64,000 nt of DNA from Lama guanicoe (Eukaryota), in the NCBI GenBank assembly GCA_013239625.1, contig MU055549.1:1575746-1639745 (forward strand), given 5' to 3'. A program made the position numbers and the translations under genes. Below, one piece after another: positions 50,145 through 61,580 of the stretch (position 1 is the stretch's first letter; the number at the start of each line of letters is the position of its first letter). The notes under the pieces were generated by a model, which saw only the letters and a list, made by a program, of their open reading frames with translations, was not told the DNA's origin and ran no database searches.

Positions 50145-53100
50145 GACCCCAGCGACCTGGTTGAAGGAACCTGGAGGCCGCAGGAGCAGTGGGAGACGGG
50201 CCGGTGTGGGCAGAGCTGCCCGGGGCTCGGAGGCGGAGAGGCCAGGGGGTCTCCCCGCGCGTTCGCACACAGGGTGGGAAGGGATGCATTACAGGCAGCA
50301 GGAAGCCTCGAAAGCCATTTAGATGAAATCACGCTGAAGGCAGAGAGCACCTCTCCAATGGGGGAGAGTGTCGAAGTCCTACCATGAGGAAAAAGTTTAT
50401 AATTAAAATAAGAGCTGTTTTCAGAGCCTAAGGTAACGATACACGACGTGGGGGACGGCAGTGGCAGGAGTACACGTTGCAGTGGAGGTTCCCAAGGTCC
50501 CAGAGGTGCCTTCAGGTACAAGGTCATCACTGCAGAGACGACGTTCGTGAACAGAAGTTCCCGGTCAGCCTTTCCAAGCATGAGGGGGGCGTGACAGCGC
50601 CTCCCGCCGCAGGGCCGTGCTCCTCCCCGGGACAGACGCTCACCCTGATGGCACGTCGCCCGCCGGCTCCAGACCAGGCACTGGGCTGGGCACAGGGTGC
50701 GGACAGATCTTCGGGAAGGAACTCAGCCCCGCCTCTACGGCCACTGTCCAGCGGCGGGGGGGGGACACACACCAGTCCAGTCGCCACGCACTGGCCTGAG
50801 GCTTCAGGGTCTGAGTGCTCAGAGCCAGGGAGGCTCACAGTGACGGGGGCCGAGCAGGGCTGATTTAGGCTGGGGGTGGGCTGGGCGCAGGAAGTCCTCT
50901 CTGTGGGGTGAGGGCCCTCGACGAGCAGGGGTGGCAGGAAGGACGGTTTGCTGGGAGCAGAAATGCAGGCAGAACAGCACGTGCAAAGTGGGGCTAGAGC
51001 CCCAGAGCAAGTCGGCGCTGGTGTGAGACGGTGCGGGGCCGGGCGCCCAGACCGTTACAACACCCTGGTCACGTCTTTCCACATTTTTAAATACGTAAAT
51101 TGTGCTTAAAGTTGGGTCATCGATGGAAATTTTCAAATCAACTATGGCTTTAAAGGGAATTTCATTTTGCCATTCACACACGGTGATCTTGGCTAAGGGT
51201 TTAATCAAAATGTGGACGAATTCAATTATTTGAAAAAAATTGCATTTTGGGCTGCTTGGGGGACAGAAAAATCTCATTTAAAATATCCAACTTGAATAAT
51301 ATAAAAGAAGACTACTCCAGTAATTACTAAAATCATATTTAGCAACTGGTTTGGTATATTTTTAAATTTTATTGTGATGAAACGTTTTCTCCATTTATTA
51401 TGCTTTGGGGAAATGCTTGTCAGAGGCTAAAAAAGAGATGTTTCTTTTCACCTCCAGACTTCGTAAGCTGCCCTGATTTTGGAGACCAAGGCTGACTCAA
51501 AGGAAATGAGCCTGTGAACTGGAAGGTCACCTTTCCGAGACGGGGCTGCTTGCTGCCCGAGTGCCAGGGCACAGTTTTCAATGTGGGGAGATGAGGAAAG
51601 CCCGCTGTGCAGAACGTCACACGTGCACACACACCTCTAAACCTTTTGCAATATGTGAGTAATATTTAAAATGGTAAAGAAAAATAAATTTATAAGCTCA
51701 CATGCCTTTCAATTTTAAAAGGTTTAGGAGATTTGGATTCTAAACATTGTGCAGTGGAGACAACCCCAGCCCAAGGCCCAGAGGGCTGGAGCTCCCCACC
51801 CACCATTTCTCCTGCACTTGGCTAAGATTCCACCTTTGAGGCTGATCAAGGCCATCACGGAGGCACACTCAGGGCCGCAAGGGGACAGAGGGTGCAGATT
51901 TCCTGCAGAACAGTGGTCCTCGACCCGGCAAGCTGGGAAAAACCTGATGCTGGGTCACACCTGGAACAACTGGATCAGGATCTCAGGGAAGGAGCTCGGG
52001 CAGTGGCATTCCAGGGTCCCCAGGTGATCCTGAGTGCAGCTGAGGCAAACCTGCTCAAGGAGGTGATGCTGGACCTGGGACTTGAAGGGGGAGGTGGAGG
52101 GGCCCAGGATGAGGGGGTGGGTGGTGGAGAGCACTGGGTGTCGGGAGGCAGCGGGCGACTGGGCTGGGAGAGGCTTCTGTCTGCAGCTGCAAAGCCACTT
52201 CCCGGAGGGTACGCCTTGGAGCAACGCGGCCACCTTGTTGTTGGAGAAACCGCAGGTTTTCAAAGTTCCCCGGGGACCCGAGGGCCTTCCTGAGCCCAGA
52301 ATGACCCCTGTGTCCACTCCACTCCGGCTTCAGGCAGTGGCCTGCCCTCGGAAGGACCTCTCTCCCTAGAGACCCTGTGCGTGTTAGTGTCAGTCGTGGC
52401 CACTGCCCTGAGTCCTGGCATCTGGAGCTCAGTGCTCCTCACTGGCCCGTGTGTGTAGATGGAAACATGGTTAGAACCCAGTTGCCACAACATCAGGGGC
52501 CAAGGGAGGATGCCCAAGAGGGGCCTGGGTGCTGCCACCCAAGACCCAGTCCATGGTCCATCTGTTCATGTGCCCCCAGCTGGGAGCCCCCACGACTGTC
52601 CAGAGGCTGCGGTGAAAGGGCAGCTGGTGACGGGGCTGCGGGAGCGTGGGCGACTGTGAAGGTGCCCTCGAAAGTCCTGGTGAGAGGAAGCTCTCTGGTT
52701 GCCTGCGGTCCTCGCGGATGCGCGGGGTGAGAAGGGCCTGCTGAGAATGAGGAATCCCAGGGAACTGCACTCCGGTCGGGGAGTTTCGCGTGGCTCACTC
52801 TTTGACCCCAGACAAACGCAGTGTGCTTTCCCCGGGAGGCCCTGGTCACTGCAGTCCAGGAGCGAGGACTGTACCTGCCACGCACCACATGCTGAAGTTC
52901 TGGAAACGTTGGGTTAAAAAATAGATAAATAGTTCTCTTTGTGGCAAAACCTTCGATAGTGAAGAGGCATTTTGGATTCCTAAGAGGGAGGCCCTAGGAA
53001 GCCCCTCCTGGATCGGGACGTCCACGGAGCAGTCTCTTCCCTTCAAGGCATCTCTTGGGGCCAGTGTTGCAGAAAACGCACTTTGGAAAACACAGTTTCA

Positions 53101-53179
53101 TACCAGTTTTAGCTCCAATGCAAACAAAAACTAGAGTGAGTTGTTACTGTACGCAAATAAGAACTGGGCGGCGGAGGGT

Positions 53180-53390
53180 CTGGTTCACGTCTGGGTCTCT
53201 GGGAAGCAGATGCTCAGAGGCAGGCTTGTGTGAAGGAGGTTCACCGGGCGATCTTGGGGACCACGTCGGTGAAGAAGGGAGGACTGGGCAGGGGCAGGAG
53301 AACCATCCGAGGGGCGTCGCAAGGGGACCTCCAGGACCCCCGGAGCCCTGAGCGGGATGCCCCTTCGAAGCAGCGCCAGTCCTGGGGTGC
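53180..53390 (-). mobile_element. ERVL LTR relic (LTR16/LTR33-like)
   Basis: CTGGGTCTCTGGGAAGCAGATGCTCAGAGGCAGGCTTGTGTGAAGGAGGTT resembles an antisense LTR16/33 terminus. Confidence 0.4.
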
Positions 53391-54229
53391 TGCTCCCACG
53401 GCCGCCTCCCGCCCACCAACATCCCACCTCACTTCCCTGCAGGCAGCTCCTCCTTCCTGACGGCGCGGGCTTATCCCTGCTGCTTCCACCTAACGAGAGG
53501 CTGTCCTCATTGCCTGCGCCCGGGCGATCCAGCCCCCAAATTCATTTCAGAGGCTTCTTCCTTCCTTCGAAGTGTTTCCCAGGGAATGGGAAGCAGAGTT
53601 TGCTTGCAGGAAGTTGATGGGGCGTGCTCCTGGCAGCAACACCCAAGGAAAGAAAGTGAGCAGGGCGGGCTGGGAGCCACGGTGAGCACTGCCCCCCAGC
53701 ATGAGAAGGGGCTGAGCCGCTGCCCCTGCACATGGACCAGGCATCGGAGGCCGGCCATCCCTGGGGAAAGGCAGGACCTCGGGCAAGGACTTCCCCGTCA
53801 GTTGAGGGCAGCTTCTGGGGTGGGGGGGACAAGCTGTGAGCTCCGGGGAAAGGGGTGTCTCTGCCTGGGAAGGAGAGGATTCCGGGGTGTGCATCCCAGG
53901 GACTCAACCAAACCCCTGCATGCTTCCCACAGAGTGAAATTCAGATTAAAGAGAGAGTAGATGGCATGTAAGTCTGTCTAAATTTTAAGTGCTACATTTC
54001 TCCTAAACATCATAGGTACTAAAATGCTAAATTTCAGTAATTATATTTAAAATTTTAATGGTATATTTTCAGATATTACTCGGCAACTTGGAATACAAAT
54101 TTTTATTCTTAACAATGACTATTTAAAATTTCTCTTGTAACAATGTCAATTCTCTCATAATTACTCTATGATTTAAGGCAGTTTTTTAAAATCAAAATGT
54201 TAACAGTATATTCTTGAGAAACAGTAAGT

Positions 54230-54680
54230 GGTTCTGGACTTGTCTGGAAAGACAAGAAGCGAGAACCTTGTAAAACATCAGAAAGTGTGGTACAGCTGTA
54301 GCAGTTTACAAAGTGTCCCGGCAGTGCAGGACGAGCAGGCGGAACAGCGAAACAACGTAACAGAACAGAGAAGCGTCCGTGTGCGCGCACCGCAGGCACA
54401 GGTAGGGCTTTAAACCATAGAGGAAGAGGTGGATTATTTACATGGAGTCTTGGAGCAACCTGATCTCCATTTAGGGAAAAAAGAAAAATAACTTTGTTAG
54501 AACTCCACGTCGTATGTTACACACGGATTTTACAGATTATACGTGGACTGAAATATTTAAATGTTGAAAGTAAAACAAGAAATGGCACCAGAGGAAAGTG
54601 TAGGATGTTAAAGGCCACTTTCAATCTTGAGATGCAGGAGAAGACGTACTGGAAGGTGAGCCCCAAGCCCAGAACATAAG
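54230..54680 (+). mobile_element. old L1M ORF2 relic
   Basis: AAAGTGTGGTACAG..TGGAGCAACCTGATCTCCATTTAGGGAAAAA..GGACTGAAATATTTAAATGT. Confidence 0.55.
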
Positions 54681-55399
54681 GGAGCAAATGTGCATATTCA
54701 GTTGCACCAGAATAATTTTTTTGGCGAGGTGGAAGAGCTGGTGGAAGATCATCGTCCCTGAGAGAACACTCAGAAGAGCAAGATGAGACAGGGAAGCCAT
54801 CTGCTGGAAGGCTGCAGACCGAGAGAGGAGCCTTGAAGGGATGACCAGCTTCCACAGCAGTTTCACTCTGGGGATGCTGGCCGGGTCTGGTCACGGCGGG
54901 AGCCTGAGGACGCAGCTCTGGGCCCGCAGGGGCCTCTCTGGCACGTCAGTAAACCAGAGGAGCCTGTGTGAGGCCTGGGAGGGTCTCAAGTCTGGAGCCG
55001 GGGCTTCCTCAAGCAAGTGGGCAAACCCCAGGGCTGTCCTGAGCTAAAAAACAAAACCTAGACAGAAAGACTGTGCAAAACGTGAGAGTTTATGTCACTA
55101 TCATGAACTAAAGATTAGAATTTATGACCAGTGGAGGGGTTTGCTGTGTAGAATACGTCAGGGTCTCGGGTTGAACTCCTGCAAGGCTGTGGGCACGCCA
55201 GGGCTGGACCCAGCATTCGGTGGAACGAGGTGACCAGTCACTCCCCGTGGCCTTAGAGGGGAAAGACTGGCCCTCTCTGGAAGAGGATGACACCGTTAGG
55301 CACTGCAGTGTTTTATGAACAGTGCCTACCACCTGATAAAACAGTGTCTTCAGAAGGCAGGGTCCTGGGACTGAAGTCAAAGGTGTAACACAGAGCACA

Positions 55400-56170
55400 G
55401 AAGCAGGTCAATGGACGACATAAACACTGGGGCGTCTGGAAGGGACTTGGAGATAACTCTGTTATGTCAAGGAAAATTGATATAAAATGTGATGAATACA
55501 GAACAAAATGGGCACAGTTACTGACAGAGAATGGGAATTTATAAAGATGAATTAAATAGAGATTCTAGCACTGAAAAAAATATGAATTAAAACAAAGGAT
55601 TTGTGGGGTGGGTGTAACTGCAGATTTCAAAGGGCAGAAGAATGCATCAGGAATCTGTAAGCCAGGTCAACAGGCACATCCAGCTTGAAGCAAAGCAAGA
55701 AAGACTCAGTGAACAGACAGAGCTGCAGTGCACAATCCGACACGCTGTGAAGTTCTAAATGTCTGCGATTGGAGCCCCCGCATGAGAAGATGATACTGAC
55801 AGGAGGAAGTAGGGCTCAGTGAGTAACGAACAAGAATTTTATGAGACAGGGAAAGGGATCCGGAGACTGAGTGGCTGAAATTTGCAGGGCAGGGTCCTCC
55901 CAGGAGTAGTTTCTCAGAGAAAGGGCTCCAGACATGCGCTCGGAGTCCCCTGGAGTCCTCGCCTGAACACTGAGCTGTGGGCGCTCAGGGTGAGATTCCA
56001 CGATGCTGGACAAAGACCAGCGGCTGAGGGCAGTGTGCGGAGCCAGTCCTGAGCCCACAGGGATCTCGTCTCCGACCAGGAGGACCCAGGAGACTGCACT
56101 GAGCCTCGCTGGCTTCGTTAGAGACTCAGAAGGCTCATGCCTTAGAAATAGCTACTCCAGACTTGCTCTA
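55400..56170 (+). mobile_element. old L1M ORF1 and 5' region relics
   Basis: AAATAGAGATTCTAGCACTGAAAAAAA..GCAGAAGAATGCATCAG; 55810-56170 resembles 17560-17930 in this window (GCTGAAATTTGCAGGGCAG / GTTGAAGTTTCCAGGGCAG). Confidence 0.55.
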
Positions 56171-56189
56171 AAATAGTGCAGAGCAAGCA

Positions 56190-56590
56190 AACAACGGGAC
56201 AGGCAGCTGTGCACTGACTCCTGTCTCATCACAAATACAAAGTCCAGCTTAAAGCAGAATAGACCACAGCGCCCAAGCTTGAAAACACAAGCCCCCGAGA
56301 GGAGGCAGGAGAAAGCCTTGGATCAGGCAAAGCTTTCTTTTTCATTTGTTTGTCGTTGATTTTTCTTTTTTCTTTTTTTTCAGGCAAACGTTTCTTAATC
56401 ATTCCTAATCACAAGTGAAAGGAATTGATAAGCTGGACTTCATCAAAATAAAAAACTTCTGTTCTTTGTCCAATTCCACTAAAATAAGAAGTAAGCCACA
56501 GACAGGGAGAAAGTGTTTACAGACCTATAACTGGGAGCAGGCTTGTATCCAGCACATGGGAAGATGCAGCAGCAGATGAGGAGAAAGGAC
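56190..56590 (+). mobile_element. old L1M ORF2 relic (continues at 56931 after the MLT1A insertion)
   Basis: AATTGATAAGCTGGACTTCATCAAAATAAAAAACTTCTG..AAGCCACAGACAGGGAGAAA. Confidence 0.8.
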
Positions 56591-56930
56591 CGTGTTGCAG
56601 CAGCTCGGGCAGCTGCGGTGGCTGCACACACTGTGTGTGAAAGACAAACATTCATTCTTTACGTTCTGGAGTCTGGGAGACAGAGACCAGGCTCTGGCAG
56701 GGTCTGGTTCTTGGAGAAGGCAGTGCTCCTGGCTCCCGTCCTCACTGCCCTAGATGGAGGGCGAGATCTCGTGTCCATCATCCCCTGATGAAGGCACTGA
56801 TCCCGTCACGAGGGTCCCCCACTCATGCCCCGGTCGTCTCCCAGAGGCCTGGCCTCCAAACACAGGCACGTTGGGGATTTAGGCTTCGGCATACTAATTT
56901 TGGGGGGAAACAGATACTCGGTTCCTGGCA
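56591..56930 (-). mobile_element. MaLR solo LTR (MLT1A-like) nested in L1M
   Basis: TTCTGGAGTCTGGGAG..AAGGCACTGATCCCGTCACGAGGGTCCCC..CTCCAAACAC..TTTTGGGGGGAAACA. Confidence 0.75.
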
Positions 56931-57015
56931 ACCTAATTAAAAATAGGCAAGATGCAGACATGCCTCAAAAGACAGAACTGGGACGATCAGCCAGCACACA
57001 GCAGAAGCGCAGCAC

Positions 57016-57074
57016 GTCAGCCGTCAGGGGCTGTCAGCCGTCAGGGGCCGTCAGCCGTCAAGGGGACGTCAGGG
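57016..57074 (+). repeat. 17-bp minisatellite, about 3.4 copies (GTCAGCCGTCAGGGGC[T/C])
   Basis: Directly visible, lying within the L1M relic. Confidence 0.9.
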
Positions 57075-57089
57075 AAGGAGAATCGAAAG

Positions 57090-57842
57090 CACACCGAGCA
57101 CTTTCCATTCAGTTTTCGCTGTGAACCTAAAACTGCTCTAAAAAACAAAGTCCACAGAAATCAAAACCATCTACAGAAAAGGCTGAAGGTTTTAGTGATG
57201 ACGCTAAGGAAGAAGACAGGAGGACCGGAGACCTGCACTTCGGAGGCTGGGCGCGTAGAACCACGGCCTGCTCGGGAGACAGCTCGGCGGATCCTCACGG
57301 AGCTGAATCCACGTTCCCCATGTGACCTGGCCGTCCCGGTCCTGGGCGTTTACCTAAGAGAAAAGAAAGCTTGGGCTCAGATGAGACCGGTTCATTAATG
57401 CACACGGCAGCTTCACTCATGAAGCTGGAAATATGTGAGACTGGAAATAGTCTCAGTGTTTCCAAAAGGACAGTGGTTGAGCATTTTTTTTGGAATAATC
57501 ATACAATGGAATAATAATCAGCGATTAAAGTGAATAAAATACTGATTTACGTAGCAGCATGGATGAATCCCCAAAACATGATTTTAAGCAAAAAGAAGCC
57601 AGACACAAATCAGCACATACCGCGCAGCTGCCCTCGTGCTAACACAGAATCCTAGAGCCGCGAAGCCCAGCTGCAGAGGCGGAGACGGGTCAGCGGTTGC
57701 CTCGGCACAGGGTGGGAAGCAGGGCCAGGAGCAGGAGGGTCTTTTAAAGGTGATGAGACCATGTATTTGTCAAACTCGTCAAACTATTAACTTAAAATAA
57801 GTGTATTTTATAACATGTAAGCTGTACTTCAATAAACTTAAT
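57090..57842 (+). mobile_element. old L1M 3' end relics
   Basis: CTGTGAACCTAAAACTGCTCTAAAAA; CATACAATGGAATA..CAGCATGGATGAATC..AAGAAGCCAGACACAAA; ends TACTTCAATAAA. Confidence 0.75.
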
Positions 57843-57858
57843 TTAAGACCCAATGTTG

Positions 57859-58700
57859 CAAAACTACAAATATCAGCTCACACCAGTCAGAACGGCTATC
57901 ATTAAAAAGTCCACCAATGGCAAGTGCTGGAGAGGCTGTGGAGAAAGGGGAGCCCTCCTACACTGCTGGTGGGAATGCACATTGGTGCAGCCACTGTGGA
58001 GAACAGTGTGCCGGTTCCTTAAAACACTAAAAATAGACTCACCATATGGTCCAGCAATCCCACTCCTGGGCGTACATCTGGAGGAAAGTATAATTCAAAA
58101 AGACAACTGCCCCCCAGTGTCCACAGCAGCACTTTTTACGGTAGCCAAGACGTGAAGCACCTCAATGTCCATCAGCAGATGGCTAGATAAAGACGATATG
58201 GCATATTTATACAGTAGAATACTACTCAGTGATAAAAAGAATAAAATAATGTCATTTGCAGTAACATGGATGGACCTGGAGATTGTCATGTGAAATGAAG
58301 TAATCCAGAAAGAGAAAAATACCATATGATGTCACTTATGTGAAATCTTAAAAAAAAAAGAAGAAGAAGAAGGAAAAAGAAAAAAAGAGGAAACTAATGA
58401 ACTCATCTACAAAACAGAAACAGACTCGCAGACACAGTAAACAATCTTATGGTTATTGGGGAAAGAGGGTGGGAAGGGATAAATTTGGGAGTCTGAGATT
58501 TGCAAATGTTAACCACTGTATATAAAAATAGATAAAAAACAAATTTCTTCAGTATAACACAGGGAACTGTATTCAATATCTTGTAATAACCTTTAATAAA
58601 AGGAATATGAAAATAAACGTATGCATGCATATGCATGACTGGGACACTGTGCTGCACGCCAGAAATTGACACATCGTAACTGGCTACACTTCAATTAAAA
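57859..58700 (+). mobile_element. younger 5'-truncated L1 (ORF2 C-terminus plus 3' UTR, camelid type)
   Basis: ORF 57853..58155 encodes the L1 ORF2 Cys-rich motif [26 protein letters not shown] with a premature stop. 3' UTR ends CTTCAATTAAAA. TSD AAGACCCAATGTTG (57845-57858) / AAGGCCCAGCGCTG (58701-58714). Confidence 0.95.
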
Positions 58701-58713
58701 AAGGCCCAGCGCT

Positions 58714-58757
58714 GTACCACTGCGGGCTCAGCAAAGTACCACTGCGGGCTCAGCAAA
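58714..58757 (+). repeat. perfect 22-bp tandem duplication GTACCACTGCGGGCTCAGCAAA x2
   Basis: Directly visible, adjoining the L1 3' TSD. Confidence 0.97.
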
Positions 58758-59400
58758 ACTGTTAAGACAGTAGATAATATCGAGTGTCTGAAGAAATCTG
58801 CAGCAGGTGGAACCCTATATTCTGCTGGTAGGAATGTAAATTGTTACAGCTCTTTTAGAAATCTATGTGGCATTTCAACTGCAGTGCAAACAGCACAGAG
58901 CTAAGCCATTCCGTTCCCAGAAAGAATCCAACAGAAATGGCATACGTGTGTTTAACAAAGTACACGAGCTATAATGTCCACTGCAGCATTATTGGCTGCA
59001 GCTTCAAACAGAAAGCAACCCAGATGCCCACCGGTGGTGGCAGGGAGCACAGCAGAAGGCCGTACGGCAGCGACAGTGGACACACCGCAGCTCCGCGGGT
59101 AGTGGGGGTAATTCTGGTTGTGAGACCAACACAGACACACTGTGTGACTCCAGCTGTGCAGAACCCCAAACGGAGCCAGTGGACTCTCCCATCCAGGTGG
59201 GATTTGGGTTCCCTGGGGGACGGGTGTGGGGACCGGAAGTGGGCGGGGGCCTTCTGTAAATGTGAGGATGACTGCTTCTCGATCTGGCTGTAGTTACACA
59301 GACTGTTGGTCTTGTGAAAGTCCACCGCGTCACACTCTCAGGTCGCGTGCTGTATCCTGGATGCTTAGCGCACTTAATGCAGGTTTATACAGAATGTCAC
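58758..59400 (+). mobile_element. old L1M ORF2 end/3' relic (target of the younger L1)
   Basis: GGAACCCTATATTCTGCTGGTAGGAATGTAAATTGTTACAGC..CAGCATTATT..AAAGCAACCCAGATGCCCA. Confidence 0.75.
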
Positions 59401-60691
59401 ACGAAAGCCACAAAGCTGTATAAATGTCCCAGCAGAATAATGGGCAGAATAATTTACTGGATTTCAAGAAAAGCAAATGAGACTGAAAATGTATCAACCC
59501 CAGGGGACGGGAGAGAGAGCTGTGGACGCAGGGCAGGTGCCGGGACCCCGGGACGGGGACAGGAAACTCGGAGCAAGCGTGATGCTGAGGGGCCCTGGGT
59601 CGAGCTGATCATTGATGTTTTGGTTTTTTTTTGGTAGAACAATCTGGAACGCTTGTTTGAGTGTGTGCTCTTGTACAGGCAAAAACGTGTCACGACGGAT
59701 ATGGAAAGCTCCGTGCGTGCTCCCAGGACCCTACCAGCTGTGCGGGGAGAGGCGTGTTACTGACTTTTCCCTGACACATTGGTGTTTACCAGCCATTTCA
59801 CCCCTTCATTTATAATAAACTAAGTTCATCAAGGGGGAGTGAACGCAGCGTCATGGAACGTCAGTAGCTCTCGCTCACGTCACTTCAAGAACGTGGTAGA
59901 AAGTCAGGGCCTGAATGCAGTGGGGGTGAGTCTGTACGGACGTGAGCTGGGGGGGCACGCAGTGAGTGGAGGGCGGGAGGGGGTGCCCAACTCTGTGTCC
60001 CCGACAGCAGCGCCCGCTCCCTGGGCCCATCACCAAGCTTTGCCATCTCTCACGTTAGTTTACAGAATGCACTCCCTAAACTTACTCTGCGCTTCAGCAA
60101 GTGGTGATTTCTTTTTCCGGAAAGATTGTTTAGAACAGACAGCCCATGAAGAGCATAGATGCAGATCTGGCACGTCGCTTGTCACATTTCTCTACAGATG
60201 CATGCTATGTATTCAGAGTTAGTGATGTTGAGCACTATTAGGTAGAAAACAATACAGCTCTGTCAGTGCACGAGGTGAAAGCAAGCTTGGAGGCACTGAA
60301 GCTGCGGCAAGGCCGTAAGGCCCCTGCGCATCTGCGAGGGCGAGGAGCGGGCAGGCGGGCGCAGGCTCGCTCACAGGGGGCCGCAGGGAGGGCGTGGGGG
60401 GCCGAAGGCCAGGCGGGGCGGACCTGGGGCCTTCTTCCCAGAAACAGAGTGTAGATTTCTGCTCACGGTGACAGAACGTCTAAGGGAGAAGACAGGACGT
60501 GGAACTATCTTAACCTGTTCCTGGTTTTCGCAGCGACAGTCTAAGCGAATCCCATGATGATTTGTAAACGAAAAAACTGGGGCTCACTCAGCTAAGCCAC
60601 TCAATTAAGGGAAACAGGTGGTTCGAGCACCACTGACTCTAATTTCAAATGCGGAGCTCTGGGCTCCTGCCCCCAGTTGACGCTGCTTTGC

Positions 60692-60790
60692 TTTATTAAT
60701 TTATTTGTTTACACGGAAGCACAATTGATTTACAATGTTGTGTCAGTTTCTGGGGTACAGCACAGTGATTCCATTTTTTATGCACATAGA
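60692..60790 (-). mobile_element. very short L1 3'-terminal fragment
   Basis: TTGATTTACAATGTTGTGTCAGTTTCTGGGGTACAGCACAGTGATTC preceded by a T-rich tail. Confidence 0.8.
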
Positions 60791-60919
60791 TTTGCTGTTT
60801 TTAAAAAGGACTGTCAGTTTTATTTTTTTCAAACATCACAATAACCTGGCAAAGCAGAAGACCTGATTCATTCACTCAACTGGACGTTTCGCTTTTGTCA
60901 AGTTTGTGAAGTCCTTCCC

Positions 60920-61580
60920 GGCTGCAGCCCAACCACGCGGTGGCCGTCCCGCTTCACACCAGTGCGCGCTCGAGAGATCCCTCGTCGCCGATGTCACAAG
61001 GAGGGTCCCTCTCCACGCTCAGCCTCTCCCCCACGCCCCCGCCCACCGCACACAGCCACCGCGGCCAGGTGCCAGGTGCCCTCCGCGCCCTGCGCTGAGG
61101 CCCGTAGCGGCGCACAGCTGGCCGCTCGTGGGAGAAGCGCTCCGGTAAACGAGGCGGCTGACTTTGAAAAAATCATTTCCGTGATGAGAGAGCAAAATGC
61201 GTAAAATGTTTCACATTCTTGTGCAGAACTAACCTTCACACAGCACTCGCTTTGTGAGCCACGCTCATGAAGATTATCTGGGGCAGAAGCAACAATTTAA
61301 TTTACGTGTCAGAAACGCAGCCAAGGAAACTAGACCAGCTTGAGAACGCGGTGCTGCCGAGCAGCGCGGCCTAAACACTCGTTTCAGCTTGTAAAGAAAA
61401 CGTTTCTCCTCCCGCTCCTGCGGGGAGGAGGGCTGGGGGACGGGGCGGGCACCACGGGCCCCCGGCCTCCCCTCGGAAGGTGAGGGGCGGTGGTGCCGGC
61501 TGTGACCGCCGGTGGTCGTTGTCCGGGGACCGGGCGGGCTGCGCTCTCTAGTTAAGGGTCATTCGCCGCCCGTGGGTCTG
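60920..61580. promoter_or_regulatory. CpG-island-like promoter/enhancer candidate
   Basis: Two CpG-dense arms around an AT-richer core (61160-61400), GC boxes (GGGGCGGG 61442), T-box-like TTCACACCA 60953, donor-like AAG|GTGAGG 61480. Confidence 0.45.

Noticed and set aside
57853-58155. Cys-rich 100-aa ORF as a host gene
   Set aside because: It is the L1 ORF2 C-terminus in a truncated element with a premature stop.
60554-60636. C/D box snoRNA (ATGATGA ... CTGA)
   Set aside because: No terminal stem, no recognisable rRNA antisense element and no host gene; such box pairs arise by chance.
10455-60790. Inferring host-gene strand from TE orientation bias
   Set aside because: L1s and LTRs occur in both orientations, so there is no usable bias; compatible with an intergenic location.
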